64,000 bases of DNA, from assembly GCF_000315625.1 (NCBI RefSeq), contig NW_005434673.1:1277433-1341432 (forward strand). Reading direction: 5' to 3'. Within the stretch, counting starts at the first letter, position 1. Every line of letters begins with the position of its first letter. This stretch comes from Guillardia theta CCMP2712. Lineage: Eukaryota > Protista > Cryptophyta. Below the pieces are notes generated by a model. That model was not told the DNA's origin. It searched no databases and worked only from the letters and a program-made list of their open reading frames with translations. A program made the translations under genes and the position numbers. Below are positions 59,318 to 64,000 of this stretch, one piece after another.

Positions 59318-62300
59318 ATGTCAAAAGCTGAAGCAGACATCGCCAAGACCTTCGACAAGAAGGCTGTCGTCGAGGATGTGGAGCCTCCGCAAAGGATCAC
59401 CAAGATTGATTTCGGTGTGCATTCCGGCCATGAAGTAGTGAGCATGTCAGTCGTGGAGGTCATGCGGAGCGACATGTATTCTCATCAACCTGCTGCGCCG
59501 GGTCAGCCAGCGACGCGAGAAGCAGCTCTCAACGGCCCCCTTGATCGCAGGATGGGAACCACCGACAAGTCACTAACCTGCACCACGTGCCACGAGCCGC
59601 TGCAGACTTGCGCAGGTCACTTCGGCTACCTGAAGCTCACCCTCCCTGTGTTCCATCAGGGATACTTCAAAGCTATCATCACCATCCTGTCGTGTATCTG
59701 CAAGTCTTGTTCGCGGGTGCTCCTCGACCCGGACAACTACAGCTCAGCGCTGTCCTTCATGAGGAGGGTACAAGATGATCACTTGCGGAGAGCGGCGAAG
59801 CTCCGAGCGATCACGGAAGAATGCAAGAAGATCAGCGTCTGCCCGCGCTGTGGGGCCTGCAACGGTCCGATCAAGAAGATTCCTGCCGGAGGCAGCCGAT
59901 ACCTGATGCTGATCCACGACAAATTTGCTAAGCATGAGGAACAGAAGCTAGAATTCCATTCCATGTTGGCGGCCGAGGACAAATCCTTCTCCTTGACGAA
60001 GCGAAGCCAAGACATGAAGCAAGCCATTGGCAAGGCAGCGCAAGATCTCGATCCCCTGACAGTCCTTGACATGTTTCAGCGTATCCCTGATGAGGACGTC
60101 GAGGTTTCCTTTCCTTTTCCTGCGCCTCCTCGCCATGACATGAGAGCAGATCTTGAACATGCGCCCTGAGCACAGCCGCCCAGAGGAGCTCATCATCACG
60201 CACCTTCCTGTGCCCCCCTGCTGCATCCGCCCGAGCGTGGCGATGGGAGTAGGAGCGGTAGCTGCAGTGTTGTGGTCGTGAAACCCTGGAGCTGATATGA
60301 ATTGCAGGGGAGCAACGAGGATGACTTGACCGTCATTCTATCCGAGATCGTCAAGGCAAGTGAGAGTATTCAAGATACCATGGACAAGGGCGGGTCCATC
60401 GCAAATATCATGGACTGCTGGGGGTAAATTCATCCTAGTGTCTGTACAGTCCTGACCAGGATGGTACAGCTTCCTGCAGCTGAAGATCGCACATTATTTC
60501 AACAGCGAGCTCCCTGGTGTACAGCAACAGCTCACGATGAAGTCTTCTGGAAAGAGGAAGATCATGCGCGGGTTTGCTCAGAGGCTCAAAGGCAAACAAG
60601 GCCGGTAAGCTCATCGCATCCGCTTTCTCGCACTTCTATGCCGTTGGGCCCTTCTGCTCTCTCCTCCCTTGCTTGTTCCCTTCCCTCCCTCCTCCTCCTC
60701 CCTTGCTGTTTTCCTTCGCTCCTTTCTTCCTTTCTGAGGCCCTTGCAAGGTTTCGCGGCAACCTCTCAGGGAAGCGAGTGGATCACTCAGGACGAACAGT
60801 TATCTCTCCTGACCCCAACTTGCACGTCCGCCAAGTTGCCGTCCCAGTGCACATGGCAAAGATCCTGACGTACCCCGAGCGAGTGACGAGCCACAACCTA
60901 GTTCGGCTCAAGAAGGCCATAGACAACGGGCCGGACATCTGGCCCGGGGCTACGCACATTCTCTTGCAAGGGAACAGCAATGACCGCAAGGACTTGAGGT
61001 GAAGAGAGGCGAAGGAGAGGGGAGAAGGCGGCGAGGAGATGGGAGAAGGCGGCGATGGTTGGCTGTGGTTGGGGGCTGAGGTGGAAAGGTTTAGACGAAG
61101 TCGAGGACCATGATGAGGTTTTGGTGATAAGTTTTGTGGTGATGATGATGTGGTGTTGAGCGTGATACCAACAAGGATGGGGAAGAGATAAACTGAAAGC
61201 CAGTGATGATGTCTCGTGGTTTGACTTTGTTGTTCAGGTATTATCCCAAGAAGATCGCGAAGAACGAGCTGCGGATTGGCGACATCGTTGAACGACACCT
61301 CATAGACGACGATGTCGTCCTTTTCAACCGCCAGCCGTCCTTGCATCGTATCAGCATCATGGCACACAGAGCCAAAGTGCTCAAGTGGAGAACTCTACGA
61401 TTCAACGAGTGTGTTTGCAACCCCTACAACGCAGACTTCGATGGAGACGAGATGAACTTGCACGTCCCGCAGACGGAGGAGGCTCGTGCTGAGGCGATCG
61501 AGTTGATGGGAGTGGTCAACAACCTCTGCACGCCCAAGGACGGCTCGATCATGATCGCAGCTACTCAAGACTTCTTGACGGGCTCATACCTCATCTCCAG
61601 GAAGAACACCTTCTTTCACGAGGCTCAGATGTGGTACTACTGCTCCTTCACCTGTGACGCCAAAGAAGACTTCGAGCTGGAGCCCCCGGCCATCATCAAA
61701 CCGATGAGGCTGTGGACGGGCAAGCAGCTGCTCAGCATGCTCCTCAAGCCCCGCAAGAACACCCGGTCCCTGGAGACAGACGTGGAGGTGCTGGTGAACA
61801 CTGAGCTGGGAGAGTCTCAGTACGAGAAGAAGTCGGACAACGACATCGACAAGGGGCGGTACATGTGCCCTCATGACAACTACGTCTGCTTCCGTAACAG
61901 CGAGCTCATGTGCGGTAACCTCGGCAAGTCGACACTCGGTGCGGGGAACAAGAACAGTCTGTTCTACACCCTCCTGCGGGACTGCGACGCTGAGACGGCA
62001 GCTGATCGCATGACGAAGCTGGCGAAGCTCTGCTCGCGCTGGATGGGACTGCACGGCTTCACGTTCGGGATCGAGGACGTCATGCCGACTGAGCCGATCA
62101 AGAAGGCGAAGGCGGAGGCGATGCAGAAGGTGAAGGATAAGTGCGACAAGCTCATCGCCGACTACAGGGCTGGCAAGCTCCAGCGAGTGCCAGGATGTGA
62201 CCTGGAGCTCTCGCTGGAGCAGATGGTGGGGAAGGAGCTGGACGACGTCAGGAACCTTGTGGCGTCGGCGGCGAAGAAGGAGCTACACTATGACAACAAG

Positions 62301-64000
62301 GTGCTGGTGATGGCCCTGTGCAAGTCCAAGGGCTCCAACGACAACATCTCACAGATGATCGGGTGCCTCGGGCAGCAGAAGCTCGGAGGCTCGAGAATTC
62401 CCAACGGCTTCATAGGGAGGACGCTGCCGCACTTTGAGATGTACGCCAAGGAGCCTGCAGCCAAGGGTTTCGTTGAGAACTCCTTCTTCACCGGGCTGAA
62501 CCCCACAGAGTTCTTCATGCACACCATGACGGGGAGAGAGGGTCTGGTGGACACGGCGGTGAAGACAGCAGAGTGCGGGTACATGGCCCGAAGGCTCATG
62601 AAGTCGCTGGAGGACCTTTCCATCCACTATGACAGCACCGTAAGGAACTCGCACGGGTGCATCGTGCAGTTCAGGTACGGAGACGACGGGCTTGACCCGA
62701 TGCTGATGGAGGACGACGACGGGAAGCCGATCAACATGAAGAGGATGATCCAGCGATCCTGCGCGCTGGTTGCTCGGGGAAGCGACTCCTTCGTCTCGGA
62801 GGAGGAGGCAGCCAAGGTTTTCACGTCCTGGTTTCACCAGTCCGTCCCCTTCCGGCGCTCCAATAGGCCCAAGACAAGCTACACGGTGAAGGAGAGGATG
62901 AACGCGCGCTCCCCTAAGTCCGTCGTCTCGGACAAGTTCGTCGACGACCTCCGCCGCTTCCTCTACAAGTGCTTCATCCTCCCAGACAACGTCCTCCCCG
63001 AGCTCGGCTGCTACGGGGACGAGGAGCGATCGCCCGCCAACTTCACTCTGATGACGGAGGAGCAGCTCAAGCACTTCCTCGACGAGATCATTTGCCGCTA
63101 CCGCCGAGCCGTGGCGGAGCCTGGCAGCGCTGTGGGGGCGCTGGGGGCCCAGAGCATTGGGGAGCCCGGAACGCAGATGACGCTCAAGACGTTTCACTTT
63201 GCCGGGATCGCGTCTATGAACGTGACGTTAGGAGTTCCGAGGATCAAGGAGATCATAAACGCGTCCAAGATCATCTCGACCCCCGTGGTTGAGGTGCCAC
63301 TGCAGCTCGACCGGGACGAGATCAACGCACGGATCATCAAGGGGAGGATCGAAAGGACGACACTCGGGCAGGTGGCCAAGTACATCAAGCAGGTGTTCGC
63401 TCCGAGCCGCTGCTACGTCGTCGTCAAGCTGGACATGCAGTGCGTGCAGGACCTGCAGCTGAACCTCTCTGCCTCCACGGTGAAGAAGGCGATCTTGTCA
63501 GACCCGAAGCTCAAGGTGAAGGAGCAGCACATCAGCAGCAAGGGGACCGACAAGCTCCTCATCCATCCCCCCCACGACGGGCGATCCAAGGAGTCGCTCC
63601 ACTTCATGCTCATCAACCTCGCCAGCCAGCTCCGAAACGTCATCGTCTGCGGGATCCCCACCATCCGGCGAGCTGTGATACAGAGCACAGAGGTGAAGGG
63701 AGGAGGGAACAGCTACCAGCTCCTTGTGGAGGGAACAGGGCTGCAAGAGGTAGCGCAGAGTGGGGAGGGGAGAGAGCAGGACTGAAGCAGGGCAGGTGAT
63801 GGCGACGAGCGGAGTCAAGGGCGCGTCGGCAAAGACGAATCATGTGATGGAGATGCAGACGGTGAGGGAGAGGAGGAGGGAGAAGGGGAGGAGGGAGAGG
63901 AGGGTGAGTGGGAGGGAGTGAAGGAGGAGCAGGGAGGGCGGGGGGTTGAGGGCGGGGGGGTGGACGAAGGTTGACGAAGGTTGGAAAGTAAGGAAGTCGG
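59318..64000 (+). CDS. RPC1: DNA-directed RNA polymerase III largest subunit (continues past window)
   Basis: [56 protein letters not shown], active site [24 protein letters not shown] (Pol III type), [16 protein letters not shown]. Confidence 0.95.

Noticed and set aside
59318-64000. Viral or Pol I/II identity for the polymerase subunit
   Set aside because: The gene has spliceosomal introns and Pol III-type motifs ([30 protein letters not shown]); no viral genes nearby.

Overview
Gene-dense eukaryotic nuclear DNA, most likely from a flagellated alga with a red secondary plastid. A cryptophyte (Guillardia/Hanusia-like) origin is my inference, from the many ~45-55 nt GT-AG introns, an ASA-F bipartite plastid presequence and a BBSome gene. 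About 19 protein genes are visible, mostly spliced, so the ORF track shows them only as fragments. Recognisable genes: TrmJ-like SPOUT methyltransferase, CTF18, BBS8/TTC8, an SVOP-like MFS transporter, LRRC57-like, a plastid EamA/DMT transporter, HECTD1 and RNA polymerase III RPC1 (runs off the right edge). Genes with unusual architecture: a degenerate caspase-like domain + 5 Fn3-associated repeats + RCC1 propeller; a secreted GT2+GT4 double glycosyltransferase; a bacterial-type zinc ribbon + RGG + CCCH protein; a signal peptide/RLRGG/CCCH protein; and a 64-aa four-exon microgene missed by the ORF track. The most striking non-coding signal is a two-part intergenic pattern: CCGG/GGCC-rich palindromic islands and strand-polarised GGGGTA/TACCCC fields near gene 5' ends. 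There is also a perfect 39-bp intronic hairpin, many microsatellite-inflated introns and two 100-N gaps. No rRNA, tRNA, CRISPR array or transposase was recognised. Boundaries of spliced genes are hand estimates.
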